This document shows positions 1 to 17,280 of a DNA stretch of 64,000 nt, piece after piece (positions within the stretch are counted from its first letter, which is position 1; each line of letters starts with the position of its first letter). Source of the DNA: Macrostomum lignano (Eukaryota). Both the position numbers and the translations under genes were made by a program. The notes below the pieces were generated by a model that was given only the letters and a program-made list of their open reading frames with translations, was not told the origin of the DNA and did not search any database. The stretch is from contig NIVC01002262.1 in assembly GCA_002269645.1 (NCBI GenBank), positions 92,995-156,994 of the forward strand, written 5' to 3'.

Positions 1-1253
1 GTAATATCAATATCAGTGCGCCTGCACTGGATGCGTTGAATAGTGTTGGCCCTATCAGCTCGCGTTTTGGCCATGTTTTTCAGTGCGCCCACCGCCTCGC
101 TGACTGATATAAATTTAGATTTGGCTGATTCTGGACTCAAGTACTCGTACACAAATTATCACGAATTGCACAGAATGAAACTGTACTCAAAGATCAAAGA
201 TGTCTGAGCAAAATCGCAGATCCAGTCTAGACAGACAGTCCAGCATGAGTAATGCGATCCGGGTGCCACCGTCGCCTTATGGAGTATAGTACAGAGTAGA
301 AAAACAATGATTTCAATCCTGGAGATGCAGCCATTGAGCCACAGTATCTGGAAATCGCCTCTCATTTTACAACGCATTATGAATTTCAATGAGTAAAATA
401 AAAATTTATTTTTTTAATTAAAAGAAACTGCTAAACAAATTTGTATTCAAAAGTTCTCAAAGCTCAAAGTTGATAAGAAGTTAAGCCCCAGAAACTGCCT
501 CTATCTGAGTGGACTCAACAGAGTTGGCAGCTCCAAGCTCTGGCTAAAGGCCTCCATGGTCCTGTGGGGAAGAAAAACCTGGAGAGGATAAGAGAGGAAG
601 GGAGAGAGGCTGAAGGACCGGAGGTGATAAATGATGGAGGGGATCAGCCAGAGGGGGAGTATCAGGCAGACAGCGGTCTGAGGAACATTGGCGGCGTGTT
701 GCGCCACCCCCCCCCCCGGCTTCCTCTGGCTGCTGCCCAGTTGTTGAGGCGGGGGTGGGCGGGCAACCAGCGTCGGCGGCGCGTCGGCGCGGCGGCGGCT
801 GCGGCGGTGGCGGCGGCGGCGGCGGCTTCGGAGCCAGCGATTTCGCCTAGAGCTCAAGCGCCAGCTAACCCCCATGAGTCGCCACTGCGTCCGCTTACCA
901 TTGATCTCCCCGCTAAAAACTCCCTCTTTTAAGCAAACTCCCCCCACCCACACCGACACTGGGAGCAGCCATTGCCATCTTCCGCTGGTAGGGGTGCCGG
1001 CAGGAGCCTCCTGCCGCAGTCCGTCCGTCTGTTCAAAGCGCCGCCGGCAGATAAAAAGGAGCGCATTTGGCTCGGCAGAGGAGTGGCAGGAGGGGCCTAA
1101 GAGGCAGACAGATAAGTGAAGCGAAAGATCACATTTCTAGCGCTGTACCTGCCGAGTGGATTCCAATGCTCACCGACAGGTCTGATCTCATCGATAGCGG
1201 ACCCAGCAAAGGCCTCCAATACGTAGAAGGGTGACTTTTTAACGCGTCAGGTT

Positions 1254-5577
<4,324 letters not shown>

Positions 5578-5608
5578 GGCCGCACGATTTATTGATAGTC
5601 AATTCTTA

Positions 5609-5781
5609 ATCACGTGACTAGCAGTCGCGGGTTATTTAGTCACGTGACTGTATGCCCCGGGTTAGAGAGTTATTAAGTCACGTGACTAATAGTGGCAGAA
5701 TATTGAGTCACGTGACTGTATGCCGCGGGGAGAGTTATTAAGTCACGTGACTAATAGTGGCAGAATGTTGAGTCACGTGAT
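5609..5781. promoter_or_regulatory. Cluster of six palindromic E-boxes (four perfect GTCACGTGAC) just 3' of the GATA stop codon
   Basis: CACGTG at 5611, 5641, 5679, 5709, 5744 and 5774. The motif is seen directly; regulatory function is inferred. Confidence 0.5.
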
Positions 5782-6437
5782 CCGACGCCTAGAGTTATTG
5801 TTTGCTAGTTATGTTTTGTTGTCCAAACTGTTTACTAATACAAGTAATTAATGATGATGCATATGAACTAAACTTGCTCTAAGCTATCTTTATCTTAAAT
5901 TATACATCTGCATTCGGCACAAGTTTATTACTTAATTGCTTGAATTAAAAACACCCATGCAATTGCTGGTTCCAATATTTAGTAATACTAAATTGATAAT
6001 CAGTTCCAAAGTTTTGAATCTATGTGTGAGATAAGAAATTGTAATGGTTAAATATTGTTATTTTCTGTTACAGTAAGGAAAACTACATGTTGGTAATAAA
6101 ATAATTTAGTTGCTTATCTTTGCCAATCGAGATTCGATGCACTTTAATAATTAAATTATATGTTAATAGCAAGATATTTATAACACATACTACAGCTTTT
6201 GATTCGCCCTTTATGACATTTAAAATTTGTTGCTTTTGTTTTATTAATATATTCCTTTTTGAATTTGCCATTCATTCTCTGTAGCGAACACCCCACTGTT
6301 GTATACACAGCATGAAAATAAAATGGGTAAATTTCGGTTTGTTAATTAACTGTTTTGCGAGTTCTGTCTTCGCAAAAACAAATGGTTTTGTTCGCTATGA
6401 AACAATTTTGGTGACTTTTAAAGTTATATTAGTCTAC

Positions 6438-7013
6438 GCAGTCTATACAGCCTCTGTCACTCCAAATCTGAAGTCTATACAGCCTCTGTCACTCAAAGTC
6501 TACAGTCTATACAACCTTTGTCACCCCAAATCTGCAGTCTATACAGACTCTGTCACTCCAAATCTGCAGTCTTTACAGATTCTGTCACTCCAAATCTGCA
6601 GTCTATACAGACTCTGTCACTCCAAATCTGAAGTCTATACAGACTCTGTCACTCCAAGTCTGCAGTCTATACCACAGATACTATGATCTGTGGTCTATAC
6701 AACCTTTTTCACTCCAAATCTGTAGTCTATACAGACTGTCACTCCAAATCTGTAGTCTATACAGACTGTCACTCCAAATCTGCACTCTATACAGACTGTC
6801 ACCCCAAATCTGCAGTCTATACAGATTCTGTCACTCCAAGTCTGCAGTCTATACAGACTCTGTCACTCCAAATCTGCAGTCTATACAGACTCTGTTTCTT
6901 CAAATCTGAAGTCTATACAGACTCTGTCACTCCAAATCTGCAGTCTATACAGACTCTGTCACTCCAAATCTGAAGTCTATACAGACTCTGTCACTCCAAA
7001 TCTGCAGTCCATA
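6438..7013. repeat. ~32-bp minisatellite (ACTCTGTCACTCCAAATCTGCAGTCTATACAG), ~18 copies
   Basis: Tandem periodicity read directly. Confidence 0.92.
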
Positions 7014-7559
7014 CGGCCATTTTGGAATTCGAAATTTCTCAAGAGGAATAGCGCACACAAAAATATGAAAAAAATGAACGCACAATTTGTCTAAAATTTT
7101 GCAAGAAAACAGAAAAAGTTTTTATTGGAGCGTAGAGCAACTCTATTAAGTCTCAGGCGCAGTGAAATAAAGTTCAAACAGCAGGTGAAAAACACAAAAA
7201 GCAACAAAAATATCAATATTTCAGATCGAAGTCTCAGCAAAAAATTATACCCAATACACTGGTTGCTATGCAGTAGTATTTTAGCAAAATACCGTAGATT
7301 TAAAATTTAACTGAAAGAAATCTTTTAAAATCAGTTTAAGTCGATAATGAAGTCAACCAGATGGAGTAATTCCATGAAGACTTCGATATTTGACCAAAAC
7401 AGAGATTTTATGTTAGGAGAAAATTTAGTTAAAAATTTCTGCAGATGAAAAAGTAAAGAAAGAGAAATGAAAAAAGGTGCAGAATGGCAGGCAGACAAAA
7501 TAGAGGAAAATGAGCTGTTCAAGTCCTCCCCATCAGCTGAAAAGCAGTCCTCACCGAGC

Positions 7560-8215
7560 TCAGATGCCGGTGACACTGCTCACCAGCGGGTAGCCGGGGT
7601 ACCGCGGCAGCGCCGGCAGCGTCTTCATGCGGCCGCCGTCGTGCAGGTCCAGCGCCTCGTGATAGTAACCATAGTAACCGGAGCCTTGCCAGCGGGGAAA
7701 TCGCTCGTAAGTGGAGAACTGGCTGTGCTCGGGCACCACGGAGTCCTCGCGACGGTAGCCAGTGAGCTTGAGGTCGGCCGGCTTCTCTCCAGGAATATAG
7801 GAGGTCAGCATGGGGGCTGCGGGCGGGGCAGGGCCGGCTGTGTTCTCAATGCATTCTGGTAATTTAGAGAAGGCTACATCAAAAGTTCGCGAAAAGATCT
7901 CGACATTTTCTCGCACACTACTCAATCGCAAGTAGTGCAGACGCATGTACCTCTCGGCCTGTCGCGGGCCTGGCGGAACTGAACAAAATCGTCTTCGCTC
8001 TGAAAGTCGATGGCGTCGCGACGGGAGGAGCTCGGCAGCGCCGTGTACTCGTGGTAGCGCTGCCAGCGCCTCTCGGAGGGCACGTACCAACCAGCGCCCT
8101 GGTACACCTCCGACTTGCCATTGCCGGACAGGTAGTTGTTGGGCGGAGTGACAATCTTGGGCCCAGTGAAGGCTGGGTCCGTGCTGTACTTGCTGTAGCA
8201 GTTTCTGGCTGCCAT
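7560..8215 (-). CDS. Uncharacterised 186-aa Tyr/Pro/Arg-rich protein. Exons 8215-7951 and 7855-7560
   Basis: Two GC-rich ORF segments in AT-rich DNA, joined in frame by a phase-1 GT-AG intron (G|GTACAT ... TTACCAG|AA); 561 nt including the stop. No family recognised. Confidence 0.75.
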
Positions 8216-9971
8216 TTAATTCTTTCGCATGAAACAGTATAGTTTTTTGAGTTTTCAGAAATAGATACATACGAGTGATATGGAAATACTAACAGAAATG
8301 AGACTTTAAATTTACTTTTAAAGATTAAAATTAATATAAAGCTACAAGTAAAACATTAAAACAACGTTTTTCGTTTTCTCTACACGAATTAATTTGTTAG
8401 ATCAATTGTGCCTTGGTAAAAATAAATGGTATATTATTGATATATACCTAAAAATTACAGCTTTTGTATTATTATTTTTATTTTTTAATATAACTTCTTA
8501 TAGCTTTTTTGTTAAAAATTTGAAGGACATAAGAGCTGTAACTGTTTTTTTACATTATAATATAACAATTAGATGCACTCAACTCAATGGTGAGAGTTTT
8601 CTATGTTTTCATTATGAACAAATTTTCAGTAACAAGCAACCAGAGCATCACAGAACATAGAAAAATATTATTGCCCATAAAACCCTAAGTGACAGGGTTT
8701 AGCAAGTAGCAATATACTAATATAGATATTTTTCTCTTACTTAAAAATCTCAATAAAAAGAAAAAAGAAAATTTAACTGTTAGACAGAGTTACCAATGAT
8801 AAAGTAATTTGACAATTCTTTGATATCGTATTTTTGCAGATTTATTACTTGAGTGTCGTGCTAACATATTATCGACTATTTAACGTATTTGAAGGTCAAG
8901 TCACTAATCAGTAAAAACATAAGGAAGAAGTAATTTTTTATAAATGCTATCTAGATATTTTACAACGAAATCATCTCCCAGATAGTGCTGTTCATAATAC
9001 CTGAGAAAACATATTTTAAATGAACGTAGAAGGTTGGTATCGTAGAACACAAATTAAAAAGTTCATGTGTGATTAAGCTCTAACAAATGTTAACAACTAA
9101 TTTAACCATTAAACTTGACTGGCAAACTAAAACTCTAGTTTTGATGATAAAGAGCATGTTTTTTAATTTTTCTCATGTCTAAAGCTGATATAAATATATA
9201 CAGGAAGCAAAATACATGTAGTAGAGAAAAGATGTAGTTTTATTAGCCTACGGTGCATAAAGGCTTTTTTAGGTTTTTTATGATTAGTCCATGTATCTGC
9301 ACGGCAGCGTCATGTATTGAAAAACCATTCCTATGGAAATTGTTTAATTTCCGATTTACGCATTCTATATCGAAACGGGACCTCATTCTTTTTGTTACAC
9401 TTTCGCATTCGCTCATGTCAGTACATATACCAGAAGTCCAGAAAGGAAAACGTTTCGGCTTAGAAAACCAAAATTCGGCTTTTCATTCGGTGCTTTTAGC
9501 CAATTTACATGCTATTCTATTTTAAGCAACACATCCACGCATGCTCTGGTCGCCTTTGATTTCATTTCACTCAGATAATTGGAAGGAACGCAGTTGTGAA
9601 AGCGTGCACGCTTATAACTGCTTGGAAGGCGATGAATGAAGAGAATGTGAATGTCCCACTCGAGTCAAGAAGCGATCGACTAATTGAAAACTCTGTCTAG
9701 AAGAAGCTAGAAACTTAGGCTTCTGCGCGTCGCGAGCAGACCACAAGGCTCTCTGCAAATGCAAAGGCCTCTAATTTGTTTAGAAGCAAGCAATTTAGCG
9801 GCGCTACACAATGCGTTGAAATTCGATCTAGAATTCTAGACTCAGACTGTGCGATTATAAGCTGCTGAGCATCACTTCCCGCACCCGTGAATTTTGCATA
9901 GAACTTGAGACTAAAACATTTGTAACAATTAACAGCTGTGGAATGAGACAGGAGAGCGAGATCAGAGGACT

Positions 9972-10190
9972 AAGGACAGGAGAGGGTAGAGACAGCCCAT
10001 CAAGGACAGGAGAGAGCAGGGACAGCCCATCAAGGACAGGAGAGTGTAGGGACAGCCTACCAATGACAGGAGAGAGCAGGGACAGTCCACCAAGGACAGG
10101 AGAGAGCAGGGACAGTCCATTAAGGACAGGAGAGAGCAGGGACAGTCCATCAAGGACAGGAGAGAGCAGGGAAAGCCCACCAGGAACATG
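9972..10190. repeat. 30-bp minisatellite (AGGACAGGAGAGAGCAGGGACAGTCCATCA), ~7 copies
   Basis: Tandem periodicity read directly. Confidence 0.9.
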
Positions 10191-10641
10191 ACAGCGGGAA
10201 AAAGACTCAATGGAGCAAAAATGTAATATTTTTAATGCAAAAAAATGACAAATGAAACAACAGTCAAAGAAAGTACTTGAAATAGGAGCAGCCGGTTTCT
10301 GCTCAAGCCAATGGCAGTGAATCCAATGGCAGTCCAGTTTTTTATCATTGTCGCAAGGTGGCAGAATCGAGCGTGTCCATTGGTTTAATGACTTTGTTAG
10401 TATTTATTATTTTGGAACAAGTTCATATTAATATTTTGAGCGAATCCTTCAAATTTCAGAGCTCCAGGTGAAACAGAAAAAGCAGAATAATTAGACAGCC
10501 GACTTGGGGTTCTGAAAATTTTGTGGCATTCTGAGACACCGACAGTTTTTATGGCAGAAGTCGGAGGGATCAGATGATCACTGACACCAGGCCTTCAATG
10601 CAGTTTTTCCTCCCGGATGGTGGCAGTCGAGTCTTCGGTAG

Positions 10642-13600
10642 CTACCGGCGAGAAGCTCGCTTGCCGAATCTGAGTGAGTGCGAGGGCGACACTGGTAATA
10701 GCGATAGTGTCAGTAGGTTGTGTCAGTAGGTTGTGTCAGTAGGTTGTGTCAGTAGGTTGTGTCAGTAGGTTGTGTCAGTAGGTTGTGTCAGTAGGTTGTG
10801 ATAGTGATTGGGTCAGTAGATTGTGTCAGTAGGTTGTGTCAGTAGGTTGTGTCAGTAGGTTGTGTCAGTAGGTTGTGTCAGTAGGTTGTGTCAGTAGGTT
10901 GTGTCAGTAGGTTGTGTCAGTAGGTTGTGTCAGTAGGTTGTGTCAGTAGGTTGTGTCAGTAGGTTGTGTCAGTAGGTTGTGTCAGTAGGTTGTGTCAGTA
11001 GATTGTGTCAGTAGATTGTGATAGTGATTGGGTCAGTAGATTGTGTCAGTGATTGTGTCAGTAGATTTTGTCAGTAGATTGTGATAGTGATTGTGGCAGT
11101 AGATTGTTTCAGTAGGTTGTGTCAGTGATTGTGTCAGTAATTGTGTCAGTAGATTGTGTCAGTAGATTGTGTCAGTAGATTGTGTCAGTAGATTATGTAA
11201 GTAGATTGTGTCAGTGATTGTGTCAGTAAGTTGTGTCAGTAGATTGTGTGAGTAGATTGAGTATGTGATTGTGTCAGTGATTGTGTCAGTAGATAGTATC
11301 AGTAGATTGTGTCAGTAGGTTGTGTCAGTAGGTTGTGTCAGTAGGTTGCGTTAGTAGATTTTTTCAGTAGATTTTGTCAGTAGATTTTGTCAGTAGATTG
11401 TGTCAGTAGATTGTGTCAGTAGATTGTGTCAGTAGATTGTGTCAGTAGGTTGTGGCAGTAGATTGTTTCAGTAGATTGTGTCAGTAGATTGTGTCAGTAG
11501 GTTGTGGCAGTAGATTGTTTCAGTAGATTTTTTAAGTAGATTGTGTCAGTATATTGTGTCAGTAGATTGTGTCAGTAGCTTGTGTCAGTAGCTTGTGTCA
11601 GTAGCTTGTGTCAGTAGCTTGTGTCAGCAGCTTGTGTCTGCAGCTTGTGTCAGTAGCTTGTGTCAGTAGCTTGTGTCAGTAGCTTGTGTCAGTAGCTTGT
11701 GTCAGTAGCTTGTGTCAGCAGCTTGTGTCAGTAGCTTGTGTCAGTAGCTTGTGTCAGCAGCTTGTGTCAGCAGCTTGTGTCAGTAGCTTGTGTCAGTAGC
11801 TTGTGTCAGTAGCTTGTGTCAGTAGCTTGTGTCAGTAGATTGTGTCAGTAGATTGTGATAGTGATTGTGGCAGTAGATTGTTTCAGTAGGTTGTGTCAGT
11901 GATTGTGTCAGTAATTGTGTCAGTAGATTGTGTCAGTAGATTGTGTCAGTAGATTGTGTCAGTAGATTGTGATAGTGATTGTGGCAGTAGATTGTTTCAA
12001 TAGGTTGTGTCAGTGATTGTGTCAGTAATTGTGTCAGTAGATTGTGTCAGTAGATTGTGTCAGTAGATTGTGTCAGTAGATTATGTAAGTAGATTGTGTC
12101 AGTGATTGTGTCAGTAAGTTGTGTCAGTAGATTGTGTCAGTAGATTGTGTGAGTAGATTGAGTATGTGATTGTGTCAGTGATTGTGTCAGTAGATAGTAT
12201 CAGTAGATTGTGTCAGTAGATTGTGTCAGTAGGTTGTGTCAGTAGGTTGTGTCAGTAGGTTGTGTCAGTAGGTTGTGTCAGCAGCTTGTGTCAGTAGCTT
12301 GTGTCAGTAGCTTGTGTCAGTAGCTTGTGTCAGCAGCTTGTGTCAGCAGCTTGTGTCAGTAGCTTGTGTCAGCAGCTTGTGTCAGCAGCTTGTGTCAGCA
12401 GCTTGTGTCAGCAGCTTGTGTCAGCAGCTTGTGTCAGTAGCTTGTGTCAGTAGCTTGTGTCAGCAGCTTGTGTCAGTAGCTTGTGTCAGTAGCATGTGTC
12501 AGCAGCTTGTGTCAGCAGCTTGTGTCAGCAGCTTGTGTCAGCAGCTTGTGTCAGCAGCTTGTGTCAGCAGCTTGTGTCAGTAGCTTGTGTCAGCAGCTTG
12601 TGCTAGCAGCTTGTGTCAGCAGCTTGTGTCAGCAGCTTGTGTCAGCAGCTTGTGTCAGCAGCTTGTGTCAGCAGCTTTTGTCATTATTTAGTTAACTGTG
12701 TCAGCAGCTTTTGTCATTATTTAGTTAATTGTGTCAGCAGCTTGTCATTATTTAGTTATCAATAATTGTGTCAGCAGCTTGTGTCAGTAGCTTGTGTCAG
12801 CAGCTTTTGTCATTATTTAGTTAACTGTGTCAGTAGCTTGTGTCAGTATTAGTTAATTGTGTCTGCAGCTTGTCATTATTTAGTTAACTGTGTCAGCAGC
12901 TTGTGTCAGTATTTATTGTGTCAGCAGCTTGTGTCAGTATTTATTGTGTCAGCAGCTTGTTGTGTCATTATTGAGTTAACTGTGTCAGCAGCTTGTGTCA
13001 GTATTTATTGTGTCAGCAGCTTGTGTCAGTATTTATTGTGTCAGCAGCTTGCTGTGTCATTATTTAGTTAACTGTGTCAGTAGCTCGTGTCAGTATTAGT
13101 TAATTGTGTCAGCAGCTTGTGTAATTATTTAGTTAATTGTGTCAGCAGCTTGTCATTTTTTAGTTAACTGTGTCAGCAGCTTGTTTCAGTATTTATTGTG
13201 TCAGCAGCTTGTTGTGTCATTATTCAGTAAATTGTGTCAGCAGCTTGTGTCATTAATAGTTACGAGCTACATGTAACTGTCAATAGCTTATGTCAGTAAT
13301 TTAATACGGGGCATTAGTCCAGTTAGACACTAGTTAGTCTTTAGTGTCAGAAGGTTGTGTCAGTGGGTTGTGTCAGTAGTTTAATTTGTGTCAGTAGGCA
13401 GCCTCATTTAGTTACCCTTCGCCCTCAACGCTGGCATACTAAGTAATCCGCGCGCTCTGCACGAAGTTGGGGGATCTCATTATCAGCAAATTAACCCGCT
13501 ATTTATAGACCGGCTTCCAGCCGAGAAGCGGCACCAGACTAACGGAGCGCTGGAGCATGTCCGGCAAGTGATGGCTATAGAAGGAATCCCCTTCCCAATG

Positions 13601-15112
13601 ACTTTGCGTTCTTGTGGCCCAGCAGGCACTGGAAATTACCTTTTTATCAACCAATAAGTACATCGCCTAGTTATGCGAGCATGAGCTCACAGGTGCTTCC
13701 CCGATCCCCAACTGTTTGCTCGGAACGCAAACGTATTTTAGTCTTGCTGAATGCAAATCAACTCGATTTTCGGGTCGCATCCGGGATGCCACGCCATCGG
13801 CATATTCCTTGGAGCCTCACCCCGAGCCTTCAGCCGGCAATCTGTCACTCTTCCCCTAACCCAGTTTGACTCAACATTGACTTGGTTTTAGGATAAGAAT
13901 ATTTGTGCAGAGAGGATGAGATTTGTGAAAACCGCAGTTCCTGGGATTTGGGATATGAGAGATCTACCTTGCTGGACAGGTACAAATAAATCGAGCTCAG
14001 TACTCACAGGATCCACTTGACTGGGAGGAAATGATCTGGGACAACAGATAGCTTCATCTTCTGCTGGGAAAATCTGGCGAGAATCACAGTTCCCAGCCTA
14101 AATATCGATTTTTGACAGCCTAAAAGCTTGGCGACACAATCTACTGACACAATCACTGACCCAATCACTATCACAATCTACTGACACAATCTACTGACAC
14201 AATCACTGACACAATCTACTGACCCAATCACTATCACAATCTAGTGACACAATCTACTGACACAATATACTGACACAATCTACTGACCCAATCACTATCA
14301 CAATCTACTGACACAATCTACTGACACAATCACTGACACAAGCTACTGACACAAGCTACTGACACAAGCTGCTGACACAAGCTACTGACACAAGCTACTG
14401 ACACAAGCTACTGACACAAGCTACTGACACAAGCTACTGACACAAGCTACTGACACAAGCTGCTGACACAAGCTACTGACACAAGCTACTGACACAAGCT
14501 ACTGACACAAGCTACTGACACAAGCTACTGACACAAGCTGCTGACACAAGCTGCTGACACAAGCTGCTGACACAAGCTGCTGACACAAGCTACTGACACA
14601 AGCTACTGACACAAGCTGCTGACACAAGCTACTGACACAAGCTACTGACACAAGCTACTGACACAAGCTGCTGACACAAGCTACTGACACAAGCTACTGA
14701 CACAAGCTACTGACACAAGCTACTGACACAAGCTACTGACACAAGCTGCAGACACAAGCTGCTGACACAAGCTACTGACACAAGCTACTGACACAAGCTG
14801 CTGACACAAGCGACACAAGCTGCTGACACAAGCTACTGACACAAGCTGCACAGCTGCTCACCTGGGCAGGCTGACCAGCGCATAGTACAGCCGCAGCTTG
14901 TCCAGGTAGTCCTTCAGATCCTCCGGTGTCCGGAAGTGGCTCGGATCCGGCGGCGGTGGGACGCCAAAATCCGCGACTTCGCCGCCGCCTCCCAGCTGAC
15001 TGGCAGCGCTCAGCGCCTCCAGCAGCTCGGGCGGCACTCCGCCGTAGTCCGCCGCGGGTATCGCTGCTGCCAGAGCGACACCCGACAGCAGGAGCAGCAG
15101 CAGCGGTATCAT
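10642..15112 (-). CDS. npf: Neuropeptide Y/F (NPF) precursor, 92 aa. Exons 15112-14862 and 10669-10642
   Basis: Hydrophobic signal peptide and PP-fold-like PPPPDPSHFRTPEDLKDYLDKLRLYYALVSLPR. A phase-2 intron splits the penultimate Arg codon (AG|GTGAGC ... CTCAG|A TTC GGC AAG CGA), the conserved NPY/NPF intron position. Splicing gives ...PRF-GKR (amidation and cleavage site), with Tyr at positions 10 and 17 from the C-terminus. Confidence 0.9.
10708..13400 (+). repeat. 13-bp satellite array (TGTCAGTAGGTTG / TGTCAGTAGATTG / TGTCAGTAGCTTG / TGTCAGCAGCTTG), left arm, inside the NPF intron
   Basis: Period of 13 with blocks of variant units; degenerates after ~12680. Confidence 0.95.
14133..14851 (-). 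repeat. Same 13-bp satellite in inverted orientation (ACACAAGCTACTG / ACACAATCTACTG), right arm, inside the NPF intron
   Basis: Reverse complement of the left-arm units, including shared rare variants. Confidence 0.95.
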
Positions 15113-15544
15113 GACTGGCTAATGTACAGCGCCGAGACCGGTGGAGTTTACAACCTGAGCTGGTTAACAGCTGCGCCTAAAGCCCGGATTTGTACGCAAA
15201 GCATCGCGCAGTTCCCAACCCGTTGCGTTAAATATAAAACTCGGGCGCTCACCCGTCACATGACCTCCCAATCAGGGATCTCCCAATCAGAATTGGGTAG
15301 AGTGAGCTTTGAGCTGAGCAACAAGTTAGATTCACTCTGCATGCAGTTCCTTTTGTTAGACTTTCATCATTTGTAGGCCTGGCACGTCTCGGCTCAGTCC
15401 CGATGTAGAGCCCCAGTTTCCCAAGTAATGTCACGTGTACACCTGATGTATCTAATTCTGCTTTAGGACAAAACAGCCTGATCGTTAATGCAAAAATCTG
15501 GGAAATCTACACACAATTGTCTCTATAAATCATGCATGTGTGCT

Positions 15545-15899
15545 GCTGGGATCTGGGAGGCTGGCTCAGCAACTGGGGATCTTCTAGGCTGGCCCAGCAA
15601 CTGAGGATCTGGGAGGCTGGCCCAGCAACTGAGGATCTAGGAGGTGGCTCAACAACTGAGGATCTGGGAGGCTGGCTCAGCAACTGATGATCTGGGAGGC
15701 TGGCCCAGCGACTGAGGGTCTGGGAGGCTGGCCCAGCGACTGAGGATCTGGGAGGCTGGCCAAGCAACTGAGGATCTGGGAGGCTGGCCCAGCAACTGAG
15801 GATCTAGGAGGTGGCTCAACAACTGAGGATCTGGGAGACTGGCTCAGCAACTGAGGATCTTCTAGGCTGGCCCAGCACCTGAGGATCTGGGAGGCTGGC
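15545..15899. repeat. ~28-bp minisatellite (GGAGGCTGGCCCAGCAACTGAGGATCTG)
   Basis: Tandem units read directly; same family as 20722-21162. Confidence 0.9.
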
Positions 15900-16449
15900 A
15901 AAGAAAGCAGGGCATTAGAATCACACAAGAGTTGCAAGCTGTTCTCAGCTCCAAGTGGCTACAGTATAAAAGCAACCGTACAAAGCAATTGTATTTAAAT
16001 TATATGAACTCGCCGCTCCGAGGTTATGCAGCAATAATTTGAGTAATTTGCACGGACTGCAAATGAACAATAATCTAATTGCACTAACCATACCAGTAGT
16101 GTTACTTTAATTTATTAATAATTGTTAGCGGGAGACAAAAAAGCAAAACAGTAAAGCGACGGGGTGGCAGTAGAAGATAACGAAGAGGGCAGAGCGGAGA
16201 AAGTGGCAGAGAAAAATTCTCTGTAAAAACTTTTCGAATAGCCTAGATTTGCATTGAAGCAATTGCATTCGGTTCTTCGGTAAATTCCTGTTGCTTTAGC
16301 TTAGTTTCTGAATTTAATAAGCAAACAATAAAAGTGCACAAATACTACGAAAACAACATTTCAACTAAAAAAAGAACGCCAGATGAGAAATTTGAAATTT
16401 CTTCTTCTGGATCAACGGATTGGGGAGTCAAATCGATTCTTGGTCGGCG

Positions 16450-17280
16450 GGTCAAGGGGCCAAGGCTTTTCTGGGTCAGAGGGTCAAGGGTATTCTGGGT
16501 CAGAGGGTCAAGGCTATTCTGGGTCAGCGGGTCAAGGCTATTCTGGGTCAGCGGGTCAAAGGGTCAAGGCTATTCTGGGTCAGCGGCTCAAGGGCTTAAG
16601 GCTAGTCTGGGTCAGAGGGTCAAGGCTATTCTGGGTCAGAGGGTCAAGGGCTCAAGGCTAGTCTGGGGGCTAGTCTGGGGGCTAGTCTGGGTCAGAGGGT
16701 CAAGGGCTCAAGGCTAGTCTGGGTCAGAGGGTCAAGGGCTCAAGGCTAGTCTGGGTCAGAGGGTCAAGGCTGGTCTGGGTCAAGGGCTCAAGGCTATTCT
16801 GGGTCAGAGGATCAAGGCTATTCTGAGTCAGCGGGTCAAGGGGTCAAGGCTATTCTGGGTCAGCGGCTCAAGGGCTTAAGGCTAGTCTGGGTCAGAGGGT
16901 CAAGGCTATTCTGGGTCAGAGGGTCAAGGCTATTCTGGGTCAGAGGGTCAAGGGCTCAAGGCTAGTCTGGGTCAGAGGGTCAAGGGCTCAAGGCTAGTCT
17001 GGGTCAGAGGGTCAAGGCTGGTCTGGGTCAAGGGCTCAAGGCTATTCTGGGTCAGAGGATCAAGGCTATTCTGAGTCAGCGGGTCAAGGGGTCAAGGCTC
17101 TTCTGGGTCAGAGGGTCAAGGCTGGTCTGGGTCAAGGGCTCAAGGCTATTCTGGGTCAGAGGATCAAGGCTATTCTGAGTCAGCGGGTCAAGGGGTCAAG
17201 GCTCTTCTGGGTCAAGGGATCAAGGCTCTTCTGGGTCAAGGGATCAAGGCTAGTCTGGGTCAGCGGGTCTCAGGGTCAAA
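16450..17280. repeat. Compound minisatellite built from GGGTCAAGGCTA(T/G)TCTGGGTCAG units, with higher-order duplication
   Basis: Tandem units read directly. Confidence 0.9.

Noticed and set aside
501-1119. Overlapping ORFs upstream of the GATA gene
   Set aside because: Low-complexity GC-rich frames on both strands with no domain; more likely promoter or 5'UTR.
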